Source of the DNA: Nanobdellota archaeon
Lineage (GTDB): Archaea > Nanobdellota > Nanobdellia > JAAOXT01
DNA: 56,779 nt
Direction: 5' to 3'
Assembly: GCA_018221045.1 (NCBI GenBank)
Contig: JAAOXT010000015.1
Coordinates: 1-56,779 of the forward strand
The translations under genes were made by a program, and so were the position numbers. The notes below the pieces were generated by a model, which saw only the letters and a list, made by a program, of their open reading frames with translations, was not told the DNA's origin and searched no databases. Shown here piece after piece: positions 1 to 9,529 of the stretch; position 1 is the stretch's first letter; every line of letters starts with the position of its first letter.

Positions 1-40
1 ATAGGAGGCTGTTGCCCTATCCAGACTAGGCCACGGGCTC
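1..40 (-). tRNA. tRNA-Arg(CCU), 5' part only (cut by window edge; may carry a 37/38 intron)
   Basis: Reverse complement GAGCCCG-TG-GCCT-AGTCTGGATA-GGGC-A-ACAGC-CT-CCT-AT gives acceptor 5' strand, D arm and anticodon CCT. A TATA-like element lies upstream at ~64-72. Confidence 0.8.
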
Positions 41-156
41 GTAATAAATGATTTGAGAAATACTATTAATAAAAGTTTTGGAAGGGCAAAAGAATTTATT
101 TTTATGCAAAGTCACCATTCCCAACATTTATAAAATAAGTTTCTGAAGAATTTATT

Positions 157-780
157 ATGTCCGTAGATTTGGCTCTTCATAATCACATAGCAAAGATTCA
201 TGTGAAAATAAGTGATAATTTAAGCTATTCAGACTTGGATAGAAGAGTAGTTGAACTAGCTGCTCAAAAATTTGGAAATTTGGAGGATAGTGAAGTAGTA
301 AACCCACAAAATCTTTTGTTATTTCAAATAATTGGTGAAACTTGTGAAACAGAAGATTTTACCAGATACAGGGAAGGAGGTAATCTGTTTGAAGATTGGG
401 CATTATTTGATTGGGTTTCTGAAGCGTATGGAAAAGTAGAATCTCGTTGCCCAATCTCTGAATTTTTAACTTTGTGTCGAAGAACAAAAACTGATTCTGA
501 ATTGAAACGATTGGAATATCTGGCTGTAAACGTCAAATTAAGTTTGGCACATGGATACCTTTATAGAGACTCGGATGGAGATTATTCAATTCGGACTCAA
601 TTAGAGAGACCTTGGCCTCAGGAAAGATTAATCGGTTATGGATTCTATATGGACATATGGAATAATTGCATACCAGATTTCAGTAAAGAAACTGTGGGGA
701 ATATGATGAGTCGTATTACTGTCAGGATAAGGGATGGATACACCCAACTTGTCGAAATTCTACAGGAAGAAATCAGATAA
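157..780 (+). CDS. hypothetical protein
   Basis: 207-aa ORF with TTTATAAA ~25 nt upstream (leaderless). No recognisable motif. Confidence 0.6.
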   Translation: MSVDLALHNHIAKIHVKISDNLSYSDLDRRVVELAAQKFGNLEDSEVVNPQNLLLFQIIGETCETEDFTRYREGGNLFEDWALFDWVSEAYGKVESRCPISEFLTLCRRTKTDSELKRLEYLAVNVKLSLAHGYLYRDSDGDYSIRTQLERPWPQERLIGYGFYMDIWNNCIPDFSKETVGNMMSRITVRIRDGYTQLVEILQEEIR

Positions 781-840
781 TATGAGGTTACTGAGACTTG
801 AATTTTGCGCGGATTTAACTGTTTTTAAACTCTTGCGCGT

Positions 841-1752
841 TTAGAAAATTCTTGGGAAAACCCTGCCCTTTTTTTCGAGGCTGAGGAGGAATTTGTAGTG
901 CTCGTCACAATAATCTTGAATCTCTTCAACCTCTTTTTTGGCCAGTTTCTTGTACCTTCCCTGCATTCCTAAGTATTTGATGACAGGAAGCCTATTACCA
1001 ACTTTTTTAGTGAACTTTAGTTCTCCGTCAACTATCTCGTAGAGAGGAGCTAGTCCTGTTTGAACAGCTAGCTTGGATATTTCAATTGTTTTATCATAAG
1101 GGTATTTCCAGCCCAGCGTGCATGGGGCGTGAACTTTGATGAAGGCAGGACCTTTTACTGCCAGTCCTTTCTTAACTTTGTCATGCAAGTCATTGTAATA
1201 ACCAATGGCCGCAGTCGCGACGTATTTCGCTCCGTGCGCTGCCATGATGAATTCTATTGGTTTTCTGTTCTGAGTTTTTCCATGAACTTTTTTGCCGTAT
1301 GGCGTGGAAGTCGTGTCAGCGAATTTCGGGGTCGCACCGCTTCTCTGCACGCCCGTGTTTGCGTAAGCTTCATTGTCATAGCAAACGAAGAGGAGGTCAT
1401 GACCTCTTTCCACAGCCCCGCTCAGAGCTTGGAGCCCAATGTCGTAAGTCCCGCCATCGCCAGCGATCACTAGTACCTTGGTTTTTTTCTTCAACCTTTT
1501 TAGTGCGGTCTCGATTCCTGCTCCGACGGCCGCAGCGTTTTCGAAATTGGCGTGAATCCACGGGAGTTTCCACGCAGTGTTAGGGTATAGCGTGCTCACG
1601 ACTTCCATGCAACCAGTGGCGTGAGCGATTATGGTGTCCGGCCCGGCTGCTTTGGTTATGATTCGCATGATTATTGCTGGCCCGCACCCGTTGCAAGCGT
1701 TATGTCCTTTCATAAAGTACTCTTTTCTGTCCATGCCAAGAATTTTATTCAT
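841..1752 (-). CDS. porB: pyruvate/2-oxoacid:ferredoxin oxidoreductase beta subunit
   Basis: GHNACNGCG, ATGCMEV, TPP-binding GDGGTYDIG...YDNEAYANTG and PCTLGW. ATG at 1752 overlaps the porA stop (TAATG). Confidence 0.93.
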   Translation of the reverse strand: MNKILGMDRKEYFMKGHNACNGCGPAIIMRIITKAAGPDTIIAHATGCMEVVSTLYPNTAWKLPWIHANFENAAAVGAGIETALKRLKKKTKVLVIAGDGGTYDIGLQALSGAVERGHDLLFVCYDNEAYANTGVQRSGATPKFADTTSTPYGKKVHGKTQNRKPIEFIMAAHGAKYVATAAIGYYNDLHDKVKKGLAVKGPAFIKVHAPCTLGWKYPYDKTIEISKLAVQTGLAPLYEIVDGELKFTKKVGNRLPVIKYLGMQGRYKKLAKKEVEEIQDYCDEHYKFLLSLEKKGRVFPRIF

Positions 1753-2912
1753 TAGATTCCCACCCATTCAACAACTTTTTTACCAGCTTTTTTGATAGCG
1801 TAAGCAATATGTTCTTTTTTAACGTCCCGGCCACCCAACCCCATTATGAAACCGCTAACCTTTTTTTTAGGGAGCAATGCTTTAACCTCGTTGTAAACCG
1901 CTCCGCTAGCGCCTAAGGAAATGTTTCGGTCAATCACCGCAACGTTTTTCGCGTTAACACAAGCTTTTTCGAGCGAAGCGCTTGGGAAAGGCCTGTAACA
2001 CTTAATCCTGACCATTCCTGCTTTCAAACCTTTTTTTCTCAAATCATCAATGACTTCTCTGGCAGTGCTCGCAACGCCCCCAATACAAATGACTAAGGTT
2101 TCAGCATCTTTTGATTTGTAAGTTTCGATTAACCCGTCGCCATAACTCCTGCCAAACTTTTTGGCGAACTCATCGTTCACTTTTTTAATGATTTTAGCAG
2201 AGTTAAGCATTGCTTCATGCAAGTCTTTTCGCAGTTCCATGTAAGAGTCTGGCCCGCCCACGGGTCCCATCGTGACAGGCTTTTTCGGGTCGAGCTTAAA
2301 AAAAGGGTTGTATTTTGGTAGGAAAGAGTCGACAAGTTTTTGTGATGGGATGTTAACGGGCTCGTAAACGTGCGTTAATTGGAAGCCATCTAAGCAAATC
2401 ATTACTGGCAGCAGCACTTCGTGGTCTTCACCTATCTTGAACGCTTGGATTGCCGTATCAAGGGCTTCTTGACCGCTCTCCACGTATAACTGAATCCAGC
2501 CAGCATCCCTTTGGGAGATGGAGTCTTGGTGGTCGTTCCAAATGTTGATGGGAGCGCTGAGAGCCCTGTTTGCTACAGGCATGATTATTGGAAGTCTCAT
2601 CCCTGACACAGTGAAAAGGACTTCGTGCATGAGGGCGAGGCCTTGACTAGAAGTTGCTGATATCGTGCGAACGCCTGTTGCTTGCGAGCCGATTGCAGCG
2701 CTTATCGCTGAGTGCTCTCCTTCAACCCTTATCATTTCAGCGTCTAATTCTCCATTGTTCACGAACTGCGCTAAGCGCTCAGCTATGATGGTTTGGGGTG
2801 TTATTGGGTAAACGCTTAGAACTTCTGGTCTGGCTAATTTGATTCCTATTGCTATGGCGTCCGAGCCAGAGATAACATTTGTTTTCCCGTATTTGAATTT
2901 GACAAAAGCCAT
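1752..2912 (-). CDS. porA: pyruvate/2-oxoacid:ferredoxin oxidoreductase alpha subunit
   Basis: YPITPQT, EGEHSA, ATSSQGLALMHE, NRALSAPINIWNDH and YRPFP motifs. Confidence 0.93.
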   Translation of the reverse strand: MAFVKFKYGKTNVISGSDAIAIGIKLARPEVLSVYPITPQTIIAERLAQFVNNGELDAEMIRVEGEHSAISAAIGSQATGVRTISATSSQGLALMHEVLFTVSGMRLPIIMPVANRALSAPINIWNDHQDSISQRDAGWIQLYVESGQEALDTAIQAFKIGEDHEVLLPVMICLDGFQLTHVYEPVNIPSQKLVDSFLPKYNPFFKLDPKKPVTMGPVGGPDSYMELRKDLHEAMLNSAKIIKKVNDEFAKKFGRSYGDGLIETYKSKDAETLVICIGGVASTAREVIDDLRKKGLKAGMVRIKCYRPFPSASLEKACVNAKNVAVIDRNISLGASGAVYNEVKALLPKKKVSGFIMGLGGRDVKKEHIAYAIKKAGKKVVEWVGI

Positions 2913-2962
2913 TTATCACTTTATTCAGGGAGGATGCTTTTATTTAATTTACTGCTATCATG

Positions 2963-3124
2963 TTAGAATCCGAATGGGTTGAAAACGTGAAGCGAGATGA
3001 TGACTATGATAAGTATTAACGTGATGAAAAGAACTTTTCCAGGAGAGATTTCTACTTTGCTTTTGTATTCGTCAAAATATCTTATGATTCCGCCCGTGCT
3101 TGAAGGAGCACTGATTTTTACCAT
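2963..3124 (-). CDS. secG: preprotein translocase subunit Sec61beta (archaeal SecG), 53 aa, absent from ORF track
   Basis: Manual translation MVKISAPSSTGGIIRYFDEYKSKVEISPGKVLFITLILIIVIISLHVFNPFGF shows the G-G-I-I-R-Y-F-D-E...I-S-P motif followed by one TM helix. Confidence 0.88.
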   Translation of the reverse strand: MVKISAPSSTGGIIRYFDEYKSKVEISPGKVLFITLILIIVIISLHVFNPFGF

Positions 3125-3161
3125 GACAACCTCATCCTAATTATTTGTTTATAAAAGTTGT

Positions 3162-3509
3162 GGGCGGGCTGTAGCCCGCTTTTTGTTCAAGAGAGGCATT
3201 CTACTAAGCGACTACTTTATTGCACCTCAAAAAACTTCATTGTCAAGTTCTTGAGGGTTCGAGTCTTGCACCAGCCGGGTCGACCGTTTCACCAGCGATT
3301 ATTATTCGGGGATTTCTGCTTTTCAGCTTCATCACGTTTCCCGAGTGCTGTATCGTTTCTGCTTCGTTGCCACCTTTTTATAGGTTTTCGGCTTTTTTGT
3401 TGGTGCACAAAAAGTTCATTACTTTTTGGCACCCCAAAAATCCTTGGATTTTTGTTGGTGTGCGGAACTTCCTCAGTTCACAGGGAACCGTTAGCCTCTC
3501 AGCCCGCCC
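3162..3509 (-). ncRNA. rnpB: RNase P RNA
   Basis: Terminal P1 pairing GGGCGGGCUG/CAGCCCGCCC. Conserved GAGGAAGUUCCG (CR-I), UGAAACGG, GCAAG and AACAAAAAGCGGGCUA (CR-V). Confidence 0.92.
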
Positions 3510-3604
3510 GGACGCGTTGAGTTCAACGCGCCATAACGGAAATACCACTTAGTAGTGGTCAATTCACGTATGTTATAATTCAAGAAAAATAGGGTTTAAA
3601 AGCT

Positions 3605-3979
3605 TTACTCAACCACTAAACCTTCGACGTTTCTGAATCCCATCACGTCTTTTTCAGCGTCAACCGCGATTTTTATCAGTCTTCCCGTGAGGTCTTCTGC
3701 TTTAAAACCTTTAAGCTTAACACCTATATCTGTTAGGAATTGCCTGCATCTTTCTTTTCCAATAATGTCGCAGTCACTGAATTCAACCAGATTATCAGGG
3801 TTTTCCATTCTAACGCTTAACTCTTTCATCCCATAAGCATTTTTTCCGCAACTCACTCCTCTTACTTTCCATTCTTCTATGTGAGGGTGTAAAATTTGTC
3901 TGAAGTAATCAGCGTCGTTTCCGCTGTCTTCTACGTATTCTTTAGTTAGTGTTTCGTAAGGACGATAAACCTTCATCAC
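3605..3979 (-). CDS. hypothetical protein
   Basis: 124-aa ORF filling the gap between known genes. No motif recognised. Confidence 0.55.
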   Translation of the reverse strand: MMKVYRPYETLTKEYVEDSGNDADYFRQILHPHIEEWKVRGVSCGKNAYGMKELSVRMENPDNLVEFSDCDIIGKERCRQFLTDIGVKLKGFKAEDLTGRLIKIAVDAEKDVMGFRNVEGLVVE

Positions 3980-4019
3980 TTTACAGAAAAAAGGTCTTGT
4001 TTTTAACTTTTTTGTTTTC

Positions 4020-5525
4020 TTATTTGAACACGTAGACAGTCAAATTCTTTCCTTCAATTTTTGAATCGTGAGGGAGAACGATTTTTTCGATGAATTTTTT
4101 GACTTGCTCATCCTGTTCATAAAAACTAAGGTAAACTTTTTTGTAACCCATTGACGAGGCTTGTTTTATAGTGTTTTTTATTGCTTTACCTATTTGTTCT
4201 TCTCTTTGGTTTTCGGGAATGGTTGGCGTGTCGTATTGAGGGACTTTGAAATAAGGCATTTTGAACGGGTCACTAGTGGTTTTCATATTCATTTGCTCCA
4301 ACATAAACGCTTCAGGACTCGCCATGCCGTAATCTATTTGGTTGTTCAGCATGTAAATTATCAGGTCATCTTCTTGAGCTTCAATTAGTCTTGCTGTTTC
4401 CTCCAAGTCAGTTATCACAATCCCTTTTTGTTGTTCCACGACTCCCGTGTACATGGAGGTTAAGCCTATAAGTATGATGATTGGAACAAAAAACTTGTTT
4501 TTTTTGATTAGTGAGACGCTGCCTTGAGCAACCCAAACGCTCAGGGGGAGCAGGACTTGCAGTACATACCTGAATCTTTTGTGCGGCAGCAAGTCCCCGA
4601 ACACCATGGTTCCGAGAAAAAAAGCGAGCATTAGAATACTGGTTTTCCTGTCTTTTTTGTGGAGCGTGTAAGCGCCGTAAACAATTATCGGGGTGAATAA
4701 GCCTAGTTGGAGTAAGAGTTCTTTTTCGTAGAATGGGAATAGGTTTTCATTGGTGCTGGAGCCCAAGTCAACTAGTCTTTCAAGGAAGCCCGCGGTTATT
4801 AGCGACATGTGGTACCAGGGGGTCACGAGCATTAACGCAATGATTATTTGTGGCGTGAAGCGCTTCAATAACGTGAAATCAAACTTTTTTTGGGATAAAG
4901 CTTTCAGGATGAAATAAGTGATTACGATGGAAACGATTATGGGTAGCGCGAGGTTTCTGCTGAAAGTAATTCCTCCTAGCAGTAGTCCTTGGAAAAAGGT
5001 TTTCTTCCACGAGAATTTTTCGTCTTTGAAGAAGTAATACAGCCACGCGAACGTGAGCCCGAATTTGGCGTTGTCCTGAACTACTTCCGTTGACAGTTGA
5101 ATAAATATGGGCAGGGTTGAGATGAAAAGCATTGCAATGATTCCTTGTTTTTCACCGAGCTTGTCTCTGGTGAAAGCGTAAGCGAACCAGAGAGTAATTG
5201 CTCCGAACAGGATTGAAGGCAAGGTTGACGTCACCACATTCTGACCCCATAACATGTAGAACGGGATTGTAGTGAACTCGTATAATTGCGGGTATTTGAA
5301 CATTGAGTAAATGACTGGGAAGCGCGTGTGGTAGCGGGCAATGAATTCAAGATAATCCCAACTCCCTGTTTCCAAACCATAATGGATGTAGTCGATGTAG
5401 ACTACTCCAGGCATGGCGTGCACGGCTTCATCCCAGGCTAAAGTCTTGTCTGGGTTGATGAGGAAGATTAATGAAACAGAGACTAAGGTTATGAACGCGA
5501 GTGCAACCTTGTCGTAACGTTTCAT
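4020..5525 (-). CDS. GT-C fold membrane glycosyltransferase (PMT/ArnT, GT39/83-like)
   Basis: N-terminal TM followed by WDEAVH, many TM helices, late HKRFRYVL motif and a soluble C-terminus. Confidence 0.8.
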   Translation of the reverse strand: MKRYDKVALAFITLVSVSLIFLINPDKTLAWDEAVHAMPGVVYIDYIHYGLETGSWDYLEFIARYHTRFPVIYSMFKYPQLYEFTTIPFYMLWGQNVVTSTLPSILFGAITLWFAYAFTRDKLGEKQGIIAMLFISTLPIFIQLSTEVVQDNAKFGLTFAWLYYFFKDEKFSWKKTFFQGLLLGGITFSRNLALPIIVSIVITYFILKALSQKKFDFTLLKRFTPQIIIALMLVTPWYHMSLITAGFLERLVDLGSSTNENLFPFYEKELLLQLGLFTPIIVYGAYTLHKKDRKTSILMLAFFLGTMVFGDLLPHKRFRYVLQVLLPLSVWVAQGSVSLIKKNKFFVPIIILIGLTSMYTGVVEQQKGIVITDLEETARLIEAQEDDLIIYMLNNQIDYGMASPEAFMLEQMNMKTTSDPFKMPYFKVPQYDTPTIPENQREEQIGKAIKNTIKQASSMGYKKVYLSFYEQDEQVKKFIEKIVLPHDSKIEGKNLTVYVFK

Positions 5526-5622
5526 TCTTATTCATTTAGTTTTCAATGTTTTTTATTGCTATCGCTACCAGTTGTTTAAAAAAAAAATTTTTAACCCTTG
5601 TTTTAAATCCTGGGTTAAATTG

Positions 5623-5694
5623 GGATTATCAATGAAGACTAGCATGAAGTGGTAGTAAAACTTTGATTTAGAGCTGTGCCCTAAAAATGGTTCA
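5623..5694 (-). other. 3' arm of pre-23S processing stem
   Basis: Imperfect inverted repeat of 8832-8903, e.g. ATGAAG-CTAGCAT-AAGTGGTAGTAA vs TTACTACCACTT-ATGCTAG-CTTCAT. Confidence 0.8.
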
Positions 5695-5736
5695 TTCAAA
5701 AAAAAAATGTTTTTCTTGAAATGATTTCTTTTTTTT

Positions 5737-8700
5737 GTTGATTTTCGAGCGATTAGTGGTGGCGAGCTGAACACGTTACCGTGCTTACACTCCCACTCTA
5801 TCAAACCCGTCTTTTAACGGGTGCTCTCAAACATTGCTTCTTTTCGCGGAGGGTTTCGAGCTTAGATGCTTTCAGCTCTTATCCCGTAGCGCGTAGCTGC
5901 CCAGCTTAACGCCCTGTCGGACGACTGGTTGACCAGAGGCGTCGATTCTTCGTTCCTCTCGTACTAAAAGAACCTTCCACTCAAGCAATGAACACTTCCA
6001 GCAGTTAGAAACCGAACTGAGTCGCCCCGTTCTGAACCCAGCTCACGATCCCTTTTAATCGGTGGACACCCGCACCCTTGGCCGCTTACAGCCAAGCCTT
6101 TCTTGGGTTTGAGCTAGTGTAATCGGGTGAGGTTAAAAAATCAGCGGGTGACGCTGAATTTAGTCCTCTCTAGATATACGACTAGATTGTATAGTTTTTA
6201 GTCAAGTAAGACCCGTTTTCTGCACGGCCAGGATAGGAAGAGCCGACAGCGGGGTACCAAGCCTCGAGGTCGATAGGAGCTTTTGCCCGAGACAAGCCTG
6301 TTATCCCCAGGGTAGCTTTTCTGTCATTCCAAGCCCTCAATAATAAGAGTCTTGGAGTTCGCTATGTCCGGCTTTCGCCCCTGCAATCCTCTCTGAACGG
6401 AATGCAGTCAAGCCAGCTTTTGCCATTACACTCTACGTAGGATTTCTGACCCTACTGAGCTGACCTTTGAGCGCCGGTGATGTTTTATCGCCGGCGTGCC
6501 GCCCCAGCCAAACTGCCCACCAACCGCTGTTCCCTTTCGGGTTAGACGTGTAAGTTTTGAAGAGTGGTGTTGCATTGGTGACTTGGACAAAACCGAAATC
6601 TTGTCTTCGACGTCTCCCACTTACTCTACGCAACAAAACCCGCAAATCAACGACAGGCTGCAGTAAAGCTCCTGGGGTCTTTTTGACCCGCTGGAAGTCC
6701 CTGGCCTTTGCACCAGGATGGTGTGTTCGCAGGGTCTCGGTCGGGGACAGTGGGAACCTGGTTACGCCGTTCGCAAAGCCGCCAATTAAACGGCAAGGCA
6801 TTGCGCTTGCTTAAGAAGGTCATAGTTACCTCCGCCGTTTACTGGTCCTTGGATCCGTTGAAACAGATGTTCAGATACCAGCACTGGGCAGGCGTCGGCG
6901 ACTATTCAAGCTGTTTCCAGTTAGCAGTCACCTATGTTTTTGATAAACAGTCCGGCTCCCCTAGTCAGTGCCCCCAGTTACAGCCATCAAACGATGACCG
7001 TTGCTGGGACTCTTTCTACCGAAGATACAGAGCTAATTTGCCGATTTCCCTCGACTCGAGTTATTCCCTACACTCCTTCCCCTGCTCAGGGAGGGCACCA
7101 GTGTTGGTTCTGGGTACGGTCACACGAGATCCTTACCATGAATTTTTCACGGGATCCAAGACTTGATTAAACCCCTCATACAAGGGGCTGGGTTGATTTT
7201 ATCAGGTTCTCACCGTTACAATACTCCCCTGACGCATACAACCAAACAGGGCGACGACCCTGCAAAACCTATCTCAAACCGTTTCATGGTCTTGTGTTGC
7301 CACGCGTACTCGTGTGGTGCAAGAATATTAACTTGCTTCCCTTTTCGGTCTTTCCCGGTTAGGGTTGACCTTAGGACCGACTAACCCTTGGATGACGACC
7401 ATTGCCAAGGAAACCTTGCCCTTACGGAGGAAAGGATTCTCACCTTTCTAAGTTGCTACTACCGACAGGATTCTTACTTCTGAACGGTCCACAAGTCCTT
7501 ACGGCCTTGCTTCTGTCCGAACAGAACACCTCGCTACCTGACCGCGCTTACGCGCGACCACCATGGTCTCGGCGGTTTGCTTAGCCCCGTCCATTTTCAG
7601 GGCATCCAACCTCGGCGGGTGAGCTGTTACGCTTTCTTTAAAGGATGGCTGCTTCTAAGCCTACCTTCCCGCTGTTTTAGGATTAAAACCCTTTTGATGC
7701 ACTTAGCAAACACTTAGGGGCCTTAACCACGGTCTGTGTTGTTCCACTCTCGGGATCCCGGCTTACCCGGAACCCCCGACTCCCGCCATCTACGATTATC
7801 AAGGCTTCGGAGTTTGAAAGAATGCCGACACCGTTAGGAGCCTAAACATCCGATCAGTAGCTCTACACCTTGATACATCTCCAGCGAGGCTGGACTAGGG
7901 TCCACTTCGCGAGGAACTAGCTATTGCCGGGCACGATTGGTATTTCGCCCCTACACCCAAGTCAGAGGATCGCATGCACACAGAACCCCTTCAGACCTCC
8001 ATCCCCCGATAGGGGGACTTCATCTTGCTCAGGCGTAGTTCGTCCGGCTTCGAGTCGTGCACTAGTGACTTAGGCGCTATTAACACCACGCCCCTCACCC
8101 AATAAAGGGTTGCGGGCTTCTCGCTTTCGCTTCGACTTTCGTCTCGCCACTAACACACATTCCCTGTCTCGTTATCCAAAAGGAACTCTGCAACCATGAA
8201 ACTTACGTTTCTTTCTGGCCGCAGATTTACCATAACTACTCGGTTTCAGATTCTTTTCACTCCCTTATTTAGGGTTTTTTTCAACTTTCCCTCACGGTAC
8301 TTATTACTCTATCGGTCTCGAGAACTATTTAGGGTTAGAAGTTATTGACTCCTAAATTCACACGAGAATCCCAACTCGTGCTACTCAGGGTACAACTTTT
8401 GGCTTGTCAGTTTGCTCTTACAAGACTTTCACTTTCTTTGGTGGAACGTTCCAGTTCACTTCAGATTCATTGACAAGTCAGTATAGTTGCCCATAACACC
8501 ACATCTGGACTAAATCGCTTCAGCCCATTCAGTTTGCCCTGTTCCGCTTTCGCTCGCCGTTACTGACGGAATCTCTAATTGATTTCTTTTCCTGCGGGTA
8601 CTAAGATGTTTCAATTCCCCGCGTTACCCCTTAAAACCTCCGAAGAGGCTTAAGTAACCTCGAAAGGTTAAGATGCCTTATTCAGGAATCCCCGGATCAA

Positions 8701-8795
8701 AGAATGCATGCTTCTCCCCGGGGCTTATCGCAGCTTGCCACGCCCTTCCTCGAATCTCGAGCCTAGTCATCCACCGAATAGCGTAGTTAATCAAC
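5737..8795 (-). rRNA. rrl: 23S rRNA (contains one intron)
   Basis: Helix 1 GUUGAUU/AAUCAAC, P-loop GUUUGGCUGGGGCGG, GGGGAUAACAGGC and sarcin-ricin loop AGUACGAGAGGAAC. Confidence 0.98.
6086..6217 (-). other. 132-nt BHB-type intron in 23S rRNA helix 91 loop (after ~E. coli 2534)
   Basis: Interrupts conserved CCUGGCCGUGCAGAA|GCGGCCAAGGG. Central helix GCAG/CUGU with 3-nt bulges AA^A and AA^G. Confidence 0.85.
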
Positions 8796-8831
8796 TTATT
8801 TTTTTTTGTATTTCAAAAGATTTTTTTTTGT

Positions 8832-8903
8832 TAAACCTTTTGAGGAACACACTCTACTTCCATTGTTACTACCACTTATGCTAGCTTCATGATTATTAAA
8901 TCC
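8832..8903 (-). other. 5' arm of pre-23S processing stem
   Basis: Complementary to 5623-5694. Confidence 0.8.
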
Positions 8904-8987
8904 GCTTTCACTCAACCATCCGTTTGGGTGTCTGAGCATAGACATTGATTGATTAATCTCTCTAAATCTCGTAAATCAAATAAATAG

Positions 8988-9014
8988 AATCTCAGAGTTG
9001 CCTCATCACCGATT
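8988..9014 (-). other. box C/D-type kink-turn hairpin in 23S leader
   Basis: AAUC-GGU-GAUGAG-GCAA-CUCUGA-GAUU: C box UGAUGA, D box CUGA, 3-nt bulge and GNRA loop. Confidence 0.72.
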
Positions 9015-9070
9015 TTTTTGAACGATCTGTTTCCGTTCAACCAATGCCAACCAGAAATAATTTATTACTG

Positions 9071-9085
9071 TTTAAAAAGGTTTCG
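9071..9085 (-). promoter_or_regulatory. putative BRE-TATA promoter of 23S rRNA
   Basis: Minus strand CGAAACC-TTTTTAAA ~280 nt upstream of the mature 23S. Confidence 0.6.
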
Positions 9086-9180
9086 TTGGAAAATTTTTTG
9101 GAATAGGTTCAGCACACCCTTTTTTATGAACCAAACAACAGTAATATTTAAAAGTATGTCGTAATATAAAGTATGACACT

Positions 9181-9462
9181 ATGTTGGACAAATATCAAAG
9201 AAGGGTTCTTGAGGACAAAAAATACCTCGACGTTTTCAAACTGCTCCCTAAAAATGGAAGAATGACTTTAAAAGAATTAGCAGATAGAGGGAAAAAACCG
9301 TCTTTTTTTATAAAACAAGATATGGAACCTCTTGTTGGAGTGGGTTTGGTTTACCACGTCCCAGAGGATAGGATTTACTGGTTGTCTGAGAATGGAGAGA
9401 TTGCAAGGGAAAAAATTGAGGTCGGAGAGATTACAATAGGGGAACTTGAATTAATGGTTTGA
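9181..9462 (+). CDS. small winged-helix-like protein
   Basis: MTLKELADR...LVGVGLV...YWLSENG pattern typical of wHTH domains. Confidence 0.6.
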   Translation: MLDKYQRRVLEDKKYLDVFKLLPKNGRMTLKELADRGKKPSFFIKQDMEPLVGVGLVYHVPEDRIYWLSENGEIAREKIEVGEITIGELELMV

Positions 9463-9529
9463 TAAGTTTTTGAAAATTATGAAAGCATTACAATAATGTT
9501 TAAAAATATTATTAAGATTTGTTCAAGTT

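Noticed and set aside
3158-3552. Plus-strand ORFs 3158..3520 and 3220..3552
   Set aside because: They are antisense shadows of the RNase P RNA.
6086-6217. Group I intron or homing endonuclease interpretation of the 23S insert
   Set aside because: It is only 132 nt, with no U|...G| splice boundaries, no P7 core and no ORF. BHB geometry explains the junctions.
5565-7584. Multiple short ORFs on both strands
   Set aside because: They lie inside the 23S rRNA or its trailer and are not protein-like.
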